Positions 34,891 to 35,003 of a stretch of 35,003 nt of DNA are shown in pieces. Position 1 is the first letter of the stretch. Each line of letters begins with the position of its first letter. Both the position numbers and the translations under genes were made by a program. The stretch comes from Perkinsus chesapeaki ATCC PRA-425. Taxonomy: Eukaryota > Protista > Perkinsozoa. Location of the stretch: positions 1-35,003 of the forward strand of contig JAAPAO010000373.1 in the NCBI GenBank assembly GCA_013115145.1. Direction: 5' to 3'. The notes under the pieces were generated by a model. That model worked only from the letters and a program-made list of their open reading frames with translations, was not told the DNA's origin and ran no database searches.

Positions 34891-35003
34891 ATGTCTAACT
34901 TCAACAACTACGTGGGGAAGACCTTCGTTATTGTTGGCAATGATCAACTTTCAGCCTGTAGAAACGTACTGTAATATCATACCACCTCGCGAAACTCTTT
35001 CCG
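34891..35003 (+). CDS. Possible first exon of a gene continuing past the right edge
   Basis: ATG after an AT-rich tract gives MSNFNNYVGKTFVIVGNDQLSACRN with C-ending codons, followed by a possible gtactg donor with no acceptor before the window end. Confidence 0.3.

Noticed and set aside
1-35003. Spliced-leader RNA gene, snRNA, tRNA, rRNA or transposase
   Set aside because: By eye I found no SL-like ACCGTAGCCATC sequence, U6 ACAGAGA box in context, tRNA cloverleaf, or RT/integrase/DDE motif. An Infernal or tRNAscan run would be needed to exclude them fully.

Overview
Gene-dense, intron-rich eukaryotic genomic DNA with short (mostly 40-60 nt) GT-AG introns and no prokaryotic features. The intron style, gene compaction and a characteristic Cys-rich module suggest the alveolate parasite Perkinsus (inference). 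A minus-strand block (1-5841) holds hypothetical genes, an SLC35/TPT nucleotide-sugar transporter, a Cys-rich membrane protein and LEO1. A plus-strand run follows: Ulp1/SENP protease, an RCC1-repeat protein, PITHD1, Aquarius helicase, a secreted type I asparaginase, a GT4 glycosyltransferase fused to an NT5C-type HAD phosphatase, RAD54, an RMD1/DUF155 protein, an intronless 342-aa ORF and a PAC3/PSMG3-like protein. At the right end are two head-to-head paralogous small secreted proteins and two abutting perfect palindromes. The most interesting items are the GT4-HAD fusion, the signal-peptide/Cys-module asparaginase and the divergent paralog pair. Exon structures were spliced by eye, so inner boundaries and some starts are approximate.
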